Positions 26,330 to 40,700 of a DNA stretch of 64,000 bases are shown in pieces; the stretch's first letter is position 1; each line of letters begins with the position of its first letter. The stretch comes from Pecten maximus (taxonomy: Eukaryota). The position numbers and the translations under genes are program-made. The notes beneath the pieces were generated by a model that was not told where the DNA came from, ran no database searches, and saw only the letters and a list, made by a program, of their open reading frames with translations. Location: assembly GCF_902652985.1 (NCBI RefSeq), contig NC_047017.1, positions 5,456,001 to 5,520,000 on the forward strand, in the 5' to 3' direction.

Positions 26330-27200
26330 AACCTTCAAACAAAGGCCTTCATGGATCCTAGATCCTTCAAGCAAGAGCGTTGATAATTCCCATAACATTC
26401 AAGCAGAGGTCGTCTTGATTGTTGGAACCTTCACATAAATGCCTCCAGGGTTCATATAATTTTCAAACAATGACCTCTATAATTCTAAGAATCTCCAAAC
26501 AAAGGTCTTCATAAACAAAAGAGCCTTCAAACAAATGCATTTATGAACCCCAGAGCCTTCAAACATAGTCCTTCATGGACCAAAAATATTTCAACAAAGA
26601 CCTTCGGAAACCCCAGAGCTTTCATACAAAGGCATTCCTGAACCTCAGAACATTCAATTAAAGCCAATGCAGAATCCAAGGACCTTCAATTAAAGGCAAT
26701 CTAGAATCCAAGGACCTTCAATTAAAGGCAATCTAGAATCCAAGGACCTTCAATTAAAGGCAATCCAGAATCCAAGGACCTTCAATTAAAGGCAATCCAG
26801 AATCCAAGGACCTTCAATTAAAGGCAATCCAGAATCCAAGGATCTTCAATTAAAGGCAATCCAGAGCCCTAGGACCTTCAATTAAAGGTTTTTCAGAACC
26901 AAATGACCTTCAATTAAAGGCATCCAGAATCCAAGGATCTTCAAATAAAGGCAATCCAGAGCCCTAGGACCTTCAATTAAAGGTTTTTCAGAACCAAATT
27001 ACCTTCAATTAAAGGCAATCTAGAATCCAAGGATCTTCAATTAAAGGCTTTTCAGAACAAAAGGATCTTCAATTAAAGGAATTCCGAACCCTCGGACCTT
27101 CAATTAAAGGCCTTCGTGTACCACAGAAGAACCTTCATGTAAAGGCCTCCATGAACGTTATGACCTTCAAGCAAATGCCTCCTGGATTTATAGAGCCTCA
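26330..27200. repeat. 32-bp minisatellite (CCTTCAATTAAAGGCAATCCAGAATCCAAGGA)n with degenerate flanks
   Basis: Homogeneous core at ~26660-27110. Confidence 0.9.
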
Positions 27201-28737
27201 AAAACAAACAAAAAACAAAAACAAAATACTTGAGACTGACACGCTGTACACGTATCAATTTTAGGGCACCCACATTTTGACGCATAACTAATTTTTAACA
27301 TATTGGCGCAATAGTGAATTGGATCAATCTGTCGCATGATATTTAGTGACGTTCTGAGATGTGTTGTATATAATTGTCAGCTTGAAATTGAATTAAAATA
27401 AATCAATTCATATTCTTTCTGTACGAAACATTTAATTGTTTTGAAACATAATAAAAGTAACAACGACAACAACAGATTTTTATACACTCTCGCTCCAAAG
27501 ATACAAAAAATGTACGCCATTAACAACAAAGGGCGATAATCCAGTAACATACAATTATATATAGACTACAATAAATATACGATACAAATTTGTCCGTTAG
27601 CTCACAATCCAAATGAAAGTGTTTATAAAATTTTGACAGGCCTGTGAAAAAATAATAAAAAAAATGACTTATTGATTAGTAATACAAACCATATGTAAAT
27701 ATTTGGACATTATGCGATTGTTGTGAATAATACAACAAATATACCGTTCTTGTTCATAAATAAAGACTAGAAATCTTTGGCATTACTTATCTATAATGCT
27801 CTTTAAAGTGATATATATAGGAGAGGCGCAGTGGATAGTGTACTCGCTTTTCATAAACTTGGCCGGCCTCGCTTTCTGATCGAACGTGGAAAGGTACAAG
27901 TATAGATTTCATCCAGGTTCAACGATCGCCTCTCAATTTAACATCATTCCTCCGTCCAGAAGAACGAGAGAGGTAAAAGATTATGTACATCTTATTTCAC
28001 GAAAAATGATTAATGAAAAAAAAAGACATTTTGATTATATGGCATATTGATATACATGTGTATATACATTTGTATACGTCACAATCGCCATGACGTCATG
28101 ACGCATCTGAACCACGAGTACAGCGGTTTCAAACTCCTCACAAAATTGAAATGATTGCACGCAAGCTCACCACCATCAACGAAATGTTTTCTGAAACCAC
28201 ATATATCTACGAAAGCTTCTCGAGAGGAGTTCGGCGCTGATCAATTGTCCTTTTTACAGCCTTGTCTAAAATCCTGTAAAAGTTTATACTTCTTTTCTTG
28301 CAAGAGCTATTTTTGAAAATGAATTAATACAATGAACTGATTATCATACAAGTTTACTGTGACAATTTAGATATCTTATCACTATCGAAAATAATAACTT
28401 ATGCCATGAAACAATATGGAACCTTTCTTTCGTTAAAGGTTCGAATGACGTTGATAAGTAGTTTTAACCTATTTACAACAGTCTTACACTCTTTCATCTC
28501 TAGATGTATGGATACAATAATATCACAGCGGGGAGTGACGTCTTAACATCCGGGCATGATACAGCTGACCAATCACCGTCCGTGTACGGGAAATTTTGGG
28601 AATGCCATCGGTGATTGGTCAGCTGTATCAATCAAGCAGCCAATCAAAGTGGATTTTTTAATTGGTCATTTGATTATATGACGTCACGGTAAAATCTGTC
28701 ATGTTGTACATTGACATCAGGACGACATGTCATGATA

Positions 28738-31700
28738 TCAATATTCGGGCGTCTCCATCCTTTCCGGTTTCCTGGTTCGTGACGTTTGCGGATAATCATC
28801 GTCATCATCCTCTTCATCCTCATCACTGTTAGGTTCACCATTTTGCTCCCTTCCAATATCGTCGTCCCTCGGATCGCTACCACGTGACCGGTCATACTCA
28901 TTATCCTCCTCCTCTTCCTCCTCTTCGAACCTTGCGTGTCCATTCGGCCGTCCATATTCCGGTTGATGCTGTTGTTGGCCGTTTCTGTTTGGCTTCCTCT
29001 GGTCAGAGTCTTCGTATCGCGGCGATGGCTTGTTGGTCTTTCTTGGCGGTGGTGGATCTTGGTGACGCGACGTTCGTACCAACTTCTTACTTTCATCGGC
29101 GTCATACTTTGAATTACTGGTATAATCGTGTTCCTCTCCGTATCGAGATGTTTTGTTTCCCTTTGTCGGTTGCCGGCGTGGTTCAGCTTCGAACCTTGGT
29201 GTCTTGTTGCCCTTCTTAATTTCCTTGCCTGCTCTGCCACGTTCCGGTGGACTCATGTTTTCTTTTTGATTCATTTCAGTGGACGGGTCGTTCCGCCGTT
29301 TTAAGGGGGATATTTTGTTAGCGGGTGGCCCTTTCTTATTTTTCCGGGCAGGTTCGGGTTCCGGTTCTGACAAGCTTTCGTCATTAGTGTCGGTTACTCC
29401 GAGTTCCTCCGGGAATCTCTCCTTCCCGCAGACGAGGAAACAGTCATTGACCTTGACCTCTCTGTTAAGCTGGGAGAAACTATAGATCTGAAACACCAGG
29501 AAAAAGACATCATAATGAATCAATTAATGTCAGCAATGTCTAGAATTAGCATACAGAAATCACGGCGTAAAAGATGCCAGGATTAAAATAGATCACAAGA
29601 TAGATATTGCCATGGTAATTTACTGAATTCAATGACTGGTTTCGTTAAGATGAGTGTTTATTAATTTGCAATAAATAACTGTATAAAGCAAGGTCGCTAT
29701 GGTGATTAAAAAAAGACAAACAAACAGTATTACGGTCCTGTTACCTTGAAAAAATACTGTTGGTAGGGTTACCTGGAGAGGAGACTAGATCACCTGTTTG
29801 CGGGATTACCTAAATAAGACTTACCTGTTGGTAGGGTTACCTTAGGGAGATACTCACCTGTTGGTAGAGTTACCTAAAGGAGACTCATCTGTGTGTAGGG
29901 TTACTTGGAGGACCAATAATCTACCAGTTGGTATGGTTACCTAGAGGAGATACCCACCTGTTTGTAGAGTGACTTTGAGGAGAAACTCACCTATTTGTGT
30001 GGTAACCTGAAAGACAAATTCGTCTTTTGTTATGGTTACCTAGACGAGATGCCAACCTGTCGATAGGGCAACCTAAAGGAGACTCACCTGTTGGTAGGGT
30101 TACCTTAAGGAGACTCACCTGTTGGTAGGGTTACCTAAAGGAGACTCACCTGTTGGTAAAGTTACCTAAAGGATACTCACCTGTTGGTAGAGTTACCTAA
30201 AGGAGACTCACCTGTTGGTAGGGTTACCTTAAGGAGACTCACCTGTTGGTAGGGTTACCTGGATGAGATGCCAACATGTCGGTAGGGTTACCTAAAGAAG
30301 ACTCACCTGTTGGTAGGGTTACCTTAAGGAGACTCACCTGATGGTAGGATTATCTGGATGAGATGCCAACCTGTTGGTATGGATACCTAAAGGAAACTCA
30401 CCTGTTGGTAGGGTTACCTGGACGAGATGCCACCTGATGGAAGGGTTATCTAAAGAAGACTCACCTGTTGGTAGGGTTACCTGGACGAGATGCCACCTGA
30501 TGGAAGGGCTATCTAAAGGAGACTCACCTGATGACAGGATTATCTGGATGAGATGCCACCTGTTGGTAGGGTTACCTATGGGAGACTCACCTGTTGGTAG
30601 GGTTTCCTGGTGGAGAAGATTCCGGTTGCTGGTGGGTATTTTAGCTGAAGCATGGTTCCCATGTCCTCGACAAGTTGTTCGAATGGCTGTGATGTGTTGG
30701 GATTCAAGATCATTTTCTCCTTACTGTACCGATCAGTGTTACTGACTATGGTGAATGTGACTTGTTTACCGGGCGCCGTGGAGTTCGGAGTTCTCGTGTT
30801 TCCGTCGTTGATCTGCGCACGCTCGTGTCTACCCTGGTCACGTGATGACCTGTGACTGTTGGTGATGAGGCTCTTGGTAGGGCTGATCGGCTGATCCATC
30901 AATAAATGGTACATGATCACATCTTTTTTGAAACGTGTGGAGCTTGAGACGATGCAGACGTCACCTCGCTCCAGTTCTTTGACAGTCTTCACTTCTTTCT
31001 TGGTTTTGAAATTGAAAATATGTCGAACTCCCTTTTTAGTGTCTATTTTATCGTTGAGATATTCATACAGGGACTCTATCGACTTAAATTGACGATCGTT
31101 GATGGAGACAGTCACTCCTCTGTGTAAACGATCGTCGTCTTTAAAGAACCTGACGAGGACAGCGCGCCCTTTCATCTCGCGATCTTGTAGTGTGGGCGGG
31201 TCTCCCTCATACCTCTCGTATCGCGCGCTGGCGTATGGCGCTGGCTGGGAACGGCGCGTGGGCGCCTGTTTGGTGTTCGACTGATTTCGAATCTTGGGCT
31301 GCTGGATGTATTCATCACTGTCACTGCCGGGAGATTCCTGTGAGAAAAAAAAACAAAAAAAAACATAATGAATTATACAGAAATACAATAATGCGTGTTG
31401 CTACACAAGAAATGCATGGGAAGCTAACGATAAATTGATACAGACAGACAATGGGAATTCTAAAGATACAATATACGTTTATATACGTCCTCACAAAAGA
31501 TATTATACAATAATAGCACTTTGTTTATATAGATATGATGATTTATGTTGCGAATATGAACAATATCAACCAGACTGGAGGCCGAAAATCATCATATCAT
31601 ATATGTCATAACAGTTTTTTTTTTACATTTCGGTATTGAATCAGGAGCACGGACTGCCCAGGGTATGATCGCGTGTCATTTAAACTGTACCGTAATCCAT

Positions 31701-34700
31701 AATACCTCATATTTGATAAAAACATCGTATTGCGTTCTCGTGCAACTTTACGGAATGCGTCCGACAAATCTGATTGGTAGAAATTACGCAACGTCACAGA
31801 ACATTCGCACGAGCGTGCAATACAATGTTTTATCACTGTCGCAGAGCGCTATTAGAAGTTACACGAAATAACGTGAAATAACACGTGATAGGATGCAGAC
31901 CAATCGGCATGGACTACAAAACGGAAAATCTAATAAATACAAATAACTCACACGCAAACATCGGAACGAAGATATATCAGTAATTAAGGGGATGAATCTT
32001 CTTATCCGCTCTTTTGAGCCCCATTAATCCAGATCAAGCACCCCACGGCTGTCTGTATAACTTATCATTTTGCCACATATTCCACCAACTTCAAAGCTTC
32101 GAATAGAATATTGATCCGGGGACGTATATATATATACAGCATATTTAAAGATAGGGAAATTTCTCTTGACTAACATGACAAAGGAATTATGAAATTCTGT
32201 TAAGCTAGCATGGAGTACGGAATTAGATTAGATGGTGCGTGGTGGTAAATATGAAGCGTTATCAACACGCATGCGCATTAATTCCTGATTATTATATGTA
32301 TAATCAACGTGAGAATCTAGTTATTTTGACAATCTAGATACATTTCTACAATTTTTTTTTATTAATTGTTTTCGTTCATTGTAGGTATAAATGCAGTAGA
32401 CTTTTCTTAAAGCGACCATAATGTTAAAAATCACTAACAGAAAAAAGATATAAAACGTGATATTTTCCAAGAGTTTGTTAACACGTTCTGTTTATTAATA
32501 AATTTGAAAGTGACTGTAACAACTCTCGGTTAACATCTAACAAAAATGTAAACAGAGCGGTCTTGATCTAATGCATATATTACTGATCGTCACCCAATCG
32601 GAAAACCACTCGGGTCTTTCCGTCATATCTTCGGAAAAAAAGCGTGTTTTCTTTTCGACGGAAATAAATGACCTCGTAACGTGATGAACTGTATGATCAT
32701 GTTTACAAACAACAGTCGAAGTGAACAATTTTTAACCCCGAAAATAGGTACAAAAGCAGCAAAGTTAACGATACAGGCTCGTGTATCGCTTTATTATGGG
32801 TATATTCACAGGCGTCTGGTTAGTATTTAAAGAAAAAAAATATTAGCCCCTACTCTTACTTTATCAACAAGATTCTATTCAGGCGCCTGTGGTATATTTG
32901 ATTATTTATAGGCCGATATCCCCGTTTCCTGGGGGCGAAATCTAAGGATATAGAAACTTTAAGTGAATTATGTCCAATACACTGCAAATAAGTCGTTTTC
33001 TCAACTCTGATAATTCGAAATAGTACTTAACTTGAAGTAAAAATTCAGTTTCGATAGTAAAATATTCTATACAAAAATTTCATTTACGCAGTTATCTCGA
33101 ATATACTCGAGATATTTCGAAGAACGTATACTGATTTCGAGAAAACGAGTTTTGACATTCTATGCCATTTTCTATGTATTCTACAGTTGAGTGTAGACTA
33201 AAGGTTACACCCAAGTGCACTCCGAGTGCACTCCGTTTGGACTCCAGGTAAACTTGGAGTGCACTCCAAGTGGACTCTGAGTCTACCTGGAGTCCTATAA
33301 GACACCATGCCTATACCCCAGTTCTATAATCAGACTACATGTGTATATCATATATACATGTATTAATACTTTGATGCTTTTAATATAATTTACATATAAA
33401 TAAATAGATTTTTACAAATTACTTTTGTTCTCTTAATATTACATATAGGCCGGTCAATAGGCCAGAGACGTATGCCCTAACAAGTATATGGCTTATTCTC
33501 CCAAGTCTTTTGTTGTTGGTGGTGGTGGTGGTGGGGGATGGGGGATGGGGGGGGGGGGGGGGGGGGGGGGGGGTAATTGGTTACTACAGTATATGTTATT
33601 GTTAACAGGTATTATTTACATGTCTTACCACAAATCAATTACCGTGTCACTGACATGGACAGTATAACAGTAGCACGGGTGAGGGATCAGCTGAGAACAG
33701 TACGCACGCGTAACAGGTCGAAATATTTGAGTGTCGCTAGGAGACGAGATTTTAATACGATCCCCTAAATAATGAATTACTGGCCATGTACAGGTAGACA
33801 CGCAGGTAAATCTACAGGTGGCCGATCGATGGGACGGCGTTGATTAATACGTAGACAATCGTACCTGTCTCATCAGCTGGTCGACTCCCTTGCTTGTAAG
33901 TATATAAATTATATCGATCTTTTTTACGGCGGAGATCGGGTGGCGCTTATTGGAGAAACAGTTACACACAATACTTATATTACTGACGTGTTGTTTTGTG
34001 TACCTGTGCGCGTGCAGGCTGAGGGTTAATATAACGGATACATGGTTGTTTCATCGCTATCAGTCGTCATGCGTTTACAAATCCAATGTCGTGTGGCATT
34101 TATAGAAATGTTCCAAACAAAAAATAAAAGTATTCTTGGCAAGATGAACCTTGACATACTGACATACTTTTAGAAAAATGACCGCTATTGGAAGTAAATA
34201 TCCCCTGTCGAAAGTTATTACCCCTGAATAATTCACCCAATCAACCATCCACCTTAACACCAGTTCTATATCTTAGAATCCTAAAACCGCCAGCTTCGGT
34301 TGAGATAATTTAGTGCTGCAATACCAAAAGCCACAAAGACAAATACATGTACCAATGTATGCAATTTAATACATTAATATATATGTAAAGCAGCGTATTA
34401 CGGGTTTAATCCTTCTCCAAGACACAAAAAGACTTCTTCTAAAGAACCACGAAGCTAGTAGTCTTCCTGTTTTGAAGACGAATATTTGCTTCTTTCACGG
34501 GACAGTGGTCCAGATTTTTTATATTATTCATTTTGAAGAACTTAAGCGTTGAAGAAACATTTTTTAAAAATATGATCTGTTGTTTTGTTCGAATATATGA
34601 TGAGTTTTCAACAAGTTGTCTTGAAAAATGTTATGACCATAAATAAGCATGAAAAAGGTCACAGACATGGTGTCAGGGCCAGAGGAAACTCGGGCTATAC

Positions 34701-37700
34701 ACAATCATGCTATCGTGATAAGTCCTAATATCTGGCCTTAATCGTTATAGTCATCACATGGGTTAGTTTGAGACCCATACACTCAAATTATATATGGGCA
34801 CAGATGTGAAAGTCCATCACATATGATATGGGATACCACGTGTGTTTGGCACACATAGATATGTACGGACTGCATATCATGAAAATCCTGATGTTCGTGA
34901 TCCTTCGGGGTACAAAGACCCCCAAAACATCAGGAAAAATATAAGTTTCTTTTTCTATGTGTGTATTGAGGTCTTCTTCGTATATCTGTGAAGTATCCGG
35001 GGTAATTGCGTATTTGAAAAAAAAAAAAGATAAAAATCAGAATTATTATACAGATGAGCGGTACAGGCCCTCGGTGCCACTTTTTTTAAAATTCGCGTTT
35101 ATTTAAAAAAAACGGAATTTTTACTTTTAATAAATCACCTTTACATTGTTTGTACTTAAACAATATATTTACTATAATCTTATATGAATTATACATCGAT
35201 GTAGCTTAGCTGAACTCTCCATGTCCAGTCCTAAGGATGACCACTGGATTAGGAATAATTAGTGACCGGGCAATGTATGCTTCAGGCGTATATTGATTCC
35301 ATATATAACACATCAATTATCTTTCACATATTAGTGTATATAATGAAACGTTCGGGTACAGTTGCTACTGTTGTATCCTTAGAAACGGACATATTTATCA
35401 TAGTTACACATAAACATTAACGTATATATATAGTATATCCGTCCAGTTTTAGTTCCTGATTAATGATAACAACTTGGCCAATCTCGAGGGAATATAACCA
35501 CAATGGAACCAAGAAGATAGATAAATCATTAATATTGATACGTTGAAAAAAAGCCTAAGTACATGGAAAATTATCTGGTAAGACGGACTTGGTACAAAAG
35601 ATTTACATGAAAAAATGCTTCAACAAGTATAACCCACTGAACTATGGAGTACATGGGGCTGGGGTACAATATATGAGAAACAGAAATCCACCTTATCTCT
35701 GGACCTGACACCAGACAATGACATTCTAACTCAAGGGGTCACAGGAAACTCGGGCTAAAATCTATGATATTGCCTTCAATTGTCCATTTAATAAATATAA
35801 TTCTATAAACCAGCTACGGTCTATGTCGCTATTCGACATATGATAATTTTCATTTACGACAGATAGTTCGTTTATAGAAATATCAGCGTTAGACGTCATG
35901 TAACCTTCCTGTAACCCCCTGTAATCGATGATCTATAACCTTCCTGTAATCGATGTTCTATAACCTTCCTGTAACCTCCGGTAATCGATGTTCTATAACC
36001 TTCCTGTAATCCCCTGTAATCGATGTTCTATAACCTTCCTGTAACCCCCTGTAATCGATGATCTATAACCTTCCTGTAATCGATGATCTATAACCTTCCT
36101 GTAATCGATGTTCTATAACCTTCCTGTAACCCCTGTAATTGATGTTCTATAACCTTCCTGTAATCCCCTGTAATCAATGTTCTATAACCTTCCTGTAACC
36201 CCCCGTAATCGATGTTCTATAACGTTCCTGTAATCCCTGTAATTGATGTTCTATAACCTTCCTGTAACCCCCCGTAATCGATGTTCTATAACCTTCCTGT
36301 AACCCCTGTAATTGATGTTCTATAACCTTCCTGTAATCCCCTGTAATCAATGTTCTATAACCTTCCTGTAACCCCTGTAATTGATGTTCTATAACCTTCC
36401 TGTAACCCCTGTAATTGATGCCCTATAACCTTCCTGTAACCCCCTTTAATTGATGTTCTATAACGTTCCTGTAACCCCCTGTAATCGATGTTCTATAACC
36501 TTCCCGTAACCCCCTGTAATCGATGTTCTATAACCTCCCTGTAACCCCCTGTAATTGATGTTCTATAACCTTCCTGTAACCCCCTGTAATCAATGTTCTA
36601 TAACGTTCCTGTAACCCCCCGAAATCAATGTTCTATAACGTTCCTGTAACCCCCGGAAATCGATGTTCTATAACGTTCCTGTAACCCCCTGTAATTGATG
36701 TTCTATAACCTCCCTGTAACCCCCTGTAATCGGTGTTCTACAACCTTCCTGTAATCCCTGTAATTGATGTTCTATAACCTTCCTGTAACCCCTGTAATCG
36801 ATGTTCTATAACCCCCTGTAATCGATGTTCTATAACCTTACTGTAACCCCCCTGTAATTGATGTTCTATAACCTTCCTGTAACCCCTGTAATCTATGTTC
36901 TATAACCTTCCTGTAACCCCCTGTAATCTATATTCTATAACCTCCCTGCAACCCCCGGTAATTGATGTTCTATAACCTTCCTGTAACCCCCGGTAATCGA
37001 TGTTCTATAACCTTCCTGTAACCCCCTGTAATCGATGTTCTATAACCTTCCTGTAACCCCCCTGCAATTGATGTTCTATAACCTTCCTGTAACCCCCGGT
37101 AATCGATGTTGTATAATCTTCCTGTAACCCCTGTAATCTATGTTCTATAACCTTCCTGTAATCCCCTATAATCGATGTTCTATAACCTTCCTGTAACCCC
37201 CTGTAATCGATGTTCTATAACCTTCCTGTAACCCCCGGTAATCTATGCTCTATAACCTTCCTGTAACCCCCTGTAATCGATGTTCTATAACCTTCCTGTA
37301 ACCCCCCGGTAATTGATGTTCTATAACCTTCCTGTAATCCCTGTAATCAATGTTCTATAACCTTCCTGTAATCCCCAGTAATCAATGTTCTATAACCTTC
37401 CTGTAATCGATGTTCTATAACCTTCCTGTAACCCCCCTGTAATCGATGTTCTATAACCTTCCTGTAATCCCCAGTAATCAATGTTCTATAACCTTCCTGT
37501 AACCCTCCGTAATCGATGTTCTATAACCCCCTGTAATTGATGTTCTATAACCTTCCTGTAACCTCCGGTAATCGATGTTCTATAACCTTCCTGTAACCTC
37601 CGGTAATCTATGTTCTATAACCTTCCTGTAATCTATGTTCTATAACCTTCCTGTAACCCCCTGTAATCAATGTTCTATAACCTTCCTGTAACCCCCCTGT

Positions 37701-40700
37701 AATTGATGTTCTATAACCTTCCTGTAACCCCTGTAATCGATGTCCTATAACCTTCCTGTAATCCCCTGTAATTGATGTTCTATAACCTTCCTGTAACCCC
37801 TGTAATCGATGTTCTATAACCTTCCTGTAACCCCCCGGTAATCGATGTTCTATAACCTTCCTGTAACCCCTGTAATCGATGTTATATAACCTTCCTGTAA
37901 CCCCCGGTAATTGATGTTCTATAACCTTCCTGTAACCCCTGTAATCTATGTTCTATAACCTTCCTGTAACCTCCTGTAATTGATGTTCTATAACCTTCCT
38001 GTAACCCCCTGTAATTGATGTCCTATAACCTTCCTGTAACTTCCCGTAAAGGGCATGTATATGTTAGAGCACCAACTTGAAACATCACTATAACCAGGCA
38101 AACATATGAGTAGAAAGGCGGGATGATATAAGGATAGTAAGAATTTTATCTTCCCCCAACAGAAGACGCAAAAGAAGAAAATTTAATATCCAATGGGGTG
38201 CACTTTTGTTTGTAAATGGAAGAACAGATCCTATCCTAGGATTAACTAAGGTCCCCTAGTCAAACTTTTAACATGAATCTCCCCCAAACCACCAAGCATT
38301 ATTTGACTCTTACGGTATGCAGTGATACCGTTATACATTTTATGGTATATAAGGCAGTCGGCATAAAAGTGAGAATTTTAATGTTAACTACATTTATGCA
38401 ACTTATATTAGGTTATTTAAGGATTAAACTGTCTTTTTTTGGTGTCTATGATCGATATAGATGACAGAGCTTTGCAAACAAACGTCATATTGTGCGCTAT
38501 AAACGTGTCAAGTGTTCAAATAAAACACTGAAGCGTCTTGCAATCGAAATTAGAACAATAAGAAAATATCTAGCGGAGATGAAATTAATTCACTTAAGGG
38601 GCATTCCTAGGTCCCGACATCAGAAACGTGCACAATTTCTATTAATAAAACCTATGTCCGAACGATGATTATATGAGTGTCTGGGTCAACATGTAATGAA
38701 ATATACGCCGAAAAGTACAAGAAAAAGGCGTATGGTATGCAAATACCGTATGTCTTTGCGTTAATTAGTGATACTTCGGGTCGAATTAAGAATTTTGAGG
38801 ACTTAATACTCGGAGAAATTTGGTTTATCTTGAGGATAAAACTACCTTATGGATGTAAAAGTTTTAGCTTTACCTACATGGGAAAACACATACTTTCCAG
38901 TAAGTTTAATTTTGATGACTTAAACTTTATCCGAACGAAGGAATGCCCCTTTAACATTCGACCCGCAGATATAAACAAACTCCATCTAATTCCATATTTC
39001 TACGGTTACCTGGTCTAGACCTGCAGATATTTAGAGGAAGTGGCACTCTACCTTAGTAGCTTTACAAGTTCGAGCAAAGTTCAACGTCTCTCACTTTGAC
39101 ACTTCAGTGGGCAAGGCCACTTTTTCTAATTAACAAGGTTACGTGGACAAGTCCGCACGAGTTTGTCAATCGGCGACACTAACAGTGCCCACTAATTAAC
39201 ACATACCTGTATCCACAGGTAAAATATTATCAATACTTTCATATGATTATTGTCCATTTTCTACGATATATTTCGTTGTATGACCGCAGAATACAACGCA
39301 TTCTTGCGATAAACCAAACAGCGCATGCCCCGTGGGAAATCTCTTTGGATTCCCGCCGCTAACAACACAATCGCAGATGACTAATTCAAAATGAGTTTGT
39401 GTGTTATCCAATTATCGTTCGGTATGATATACAATTTGTAATCCTGATTATAAAGCATTTTCCCTCAATAGTCATATTCACACGGACTTCACCCTCGGGA
39501 GATATATCCGCTTCCGGCGGGTAAAACATTGTATTCAACCAACGGGGTACATATAATCACCATAACATGCGTTTATTAGACTATGAACGCTAATCCGATA
39601 CAGTTTTATTTTTTTAACTCTGGTTTTACGATTGCCTGTGGAATATCCACGATATCTAAAACTAATTTGGCTAACGCCAAGTAGATACTTCTCAAATTTC
39701 TGTTCCAGTTATTGATGTTGGCCCCTCATACGATTTAACGCGCACATACACAAGAGGTCCATTTGGCCTGTATCAATTACCTGAGATATGAACGTGTAAA
39801 GTTCAAATTAACAACATTAGAAATATTTAACCGAATTTATATAGGCATCCGGGAGCATTTAACATAACTGGGCGCTATATTGGATTATATTGGAATTTTG
39901 TTCTGATGGCATCCATACAACTTAGTTGCAAAACAATTTAAGGTCACGCATTTAATATTGATGGGACTTCCATTCAGGTGTCCCACCTGAAAAAAATATT
40001 ACGTAAGGGACTCCAGACATGCAACTGACACATTGCGCGTGGCTCGAGATCGCTTATTATTTTATAAATAAAATACTTTTGGCAATAAGCATTTTTCAAA
40101 TCAATTCTATTCATTTTATTACCTATGGCTTGACAGCCCATCAGTTTGTACAAACATAATACACAATACTTCATACTGTACAAAATGTAACATATGGAGA
40201 TCAACATGAATATGTATGATAAATACATATTACATGAGGTACATAATGTGAAGAGCATTATATAGTTAATATATAGGGATTGGATTTCACTTTTATGTTA
40301 ACCATGCTTTTATGGAGCAATTCCTCTAAGAATATATTCTATGGGGCGTGCTAGCGCCCCATTTGGAATATATTCTTAGAGGAATTGCTCCATAAAAGCA
40401 TGGTTAACATAAAAGTGAAATCCAATCCCTATATTTACACTAACGGATGTTGTTTCTATAAGTCTTTGTGATTACAATATTTTTTCTTTGAAAGTAAAAA
40501 AAATCATATAAAAGTCGGACACAGTGGGAGGATTCAATTATTAGAACAGCCAATGGTGACGCTTCACAACAAATTGATAATTTATTTGTTTCCGCGGTAA
40601 AAAATAGTTCTGTTTTTTATATGATATTAACATAAATAACAAAAACATTTTGATAGATTATCATATTCAATATTGTTAAACATGTTATTTTTATAAATTT

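Noticed and set aside
28557-28740. TGA stop plus downstream hairpin as a selenocysteine/SECIS system
   Set aside because: The stem is fully Watson-Crick with no tandem G·A quartet or correctly spaced apical AA, and the TGA lies at the end of a disordered tail.
28674-29240. 188-aa overlapping ORF in an alternative frame, plus antisense ORFs, over the DCX last exon
   Set aside because: Expected shadow ORFs of a GC-richer, low-complexity exon; no recognisable domain.
29740-38045. CRISPR-like appearance of the 31-35-bp repeat arrays (also at 26660-27110)
   Set aside because: Units are head-to-tail with no unique spacers, there are no cas genes, and the context is eukaryotic and intronic.
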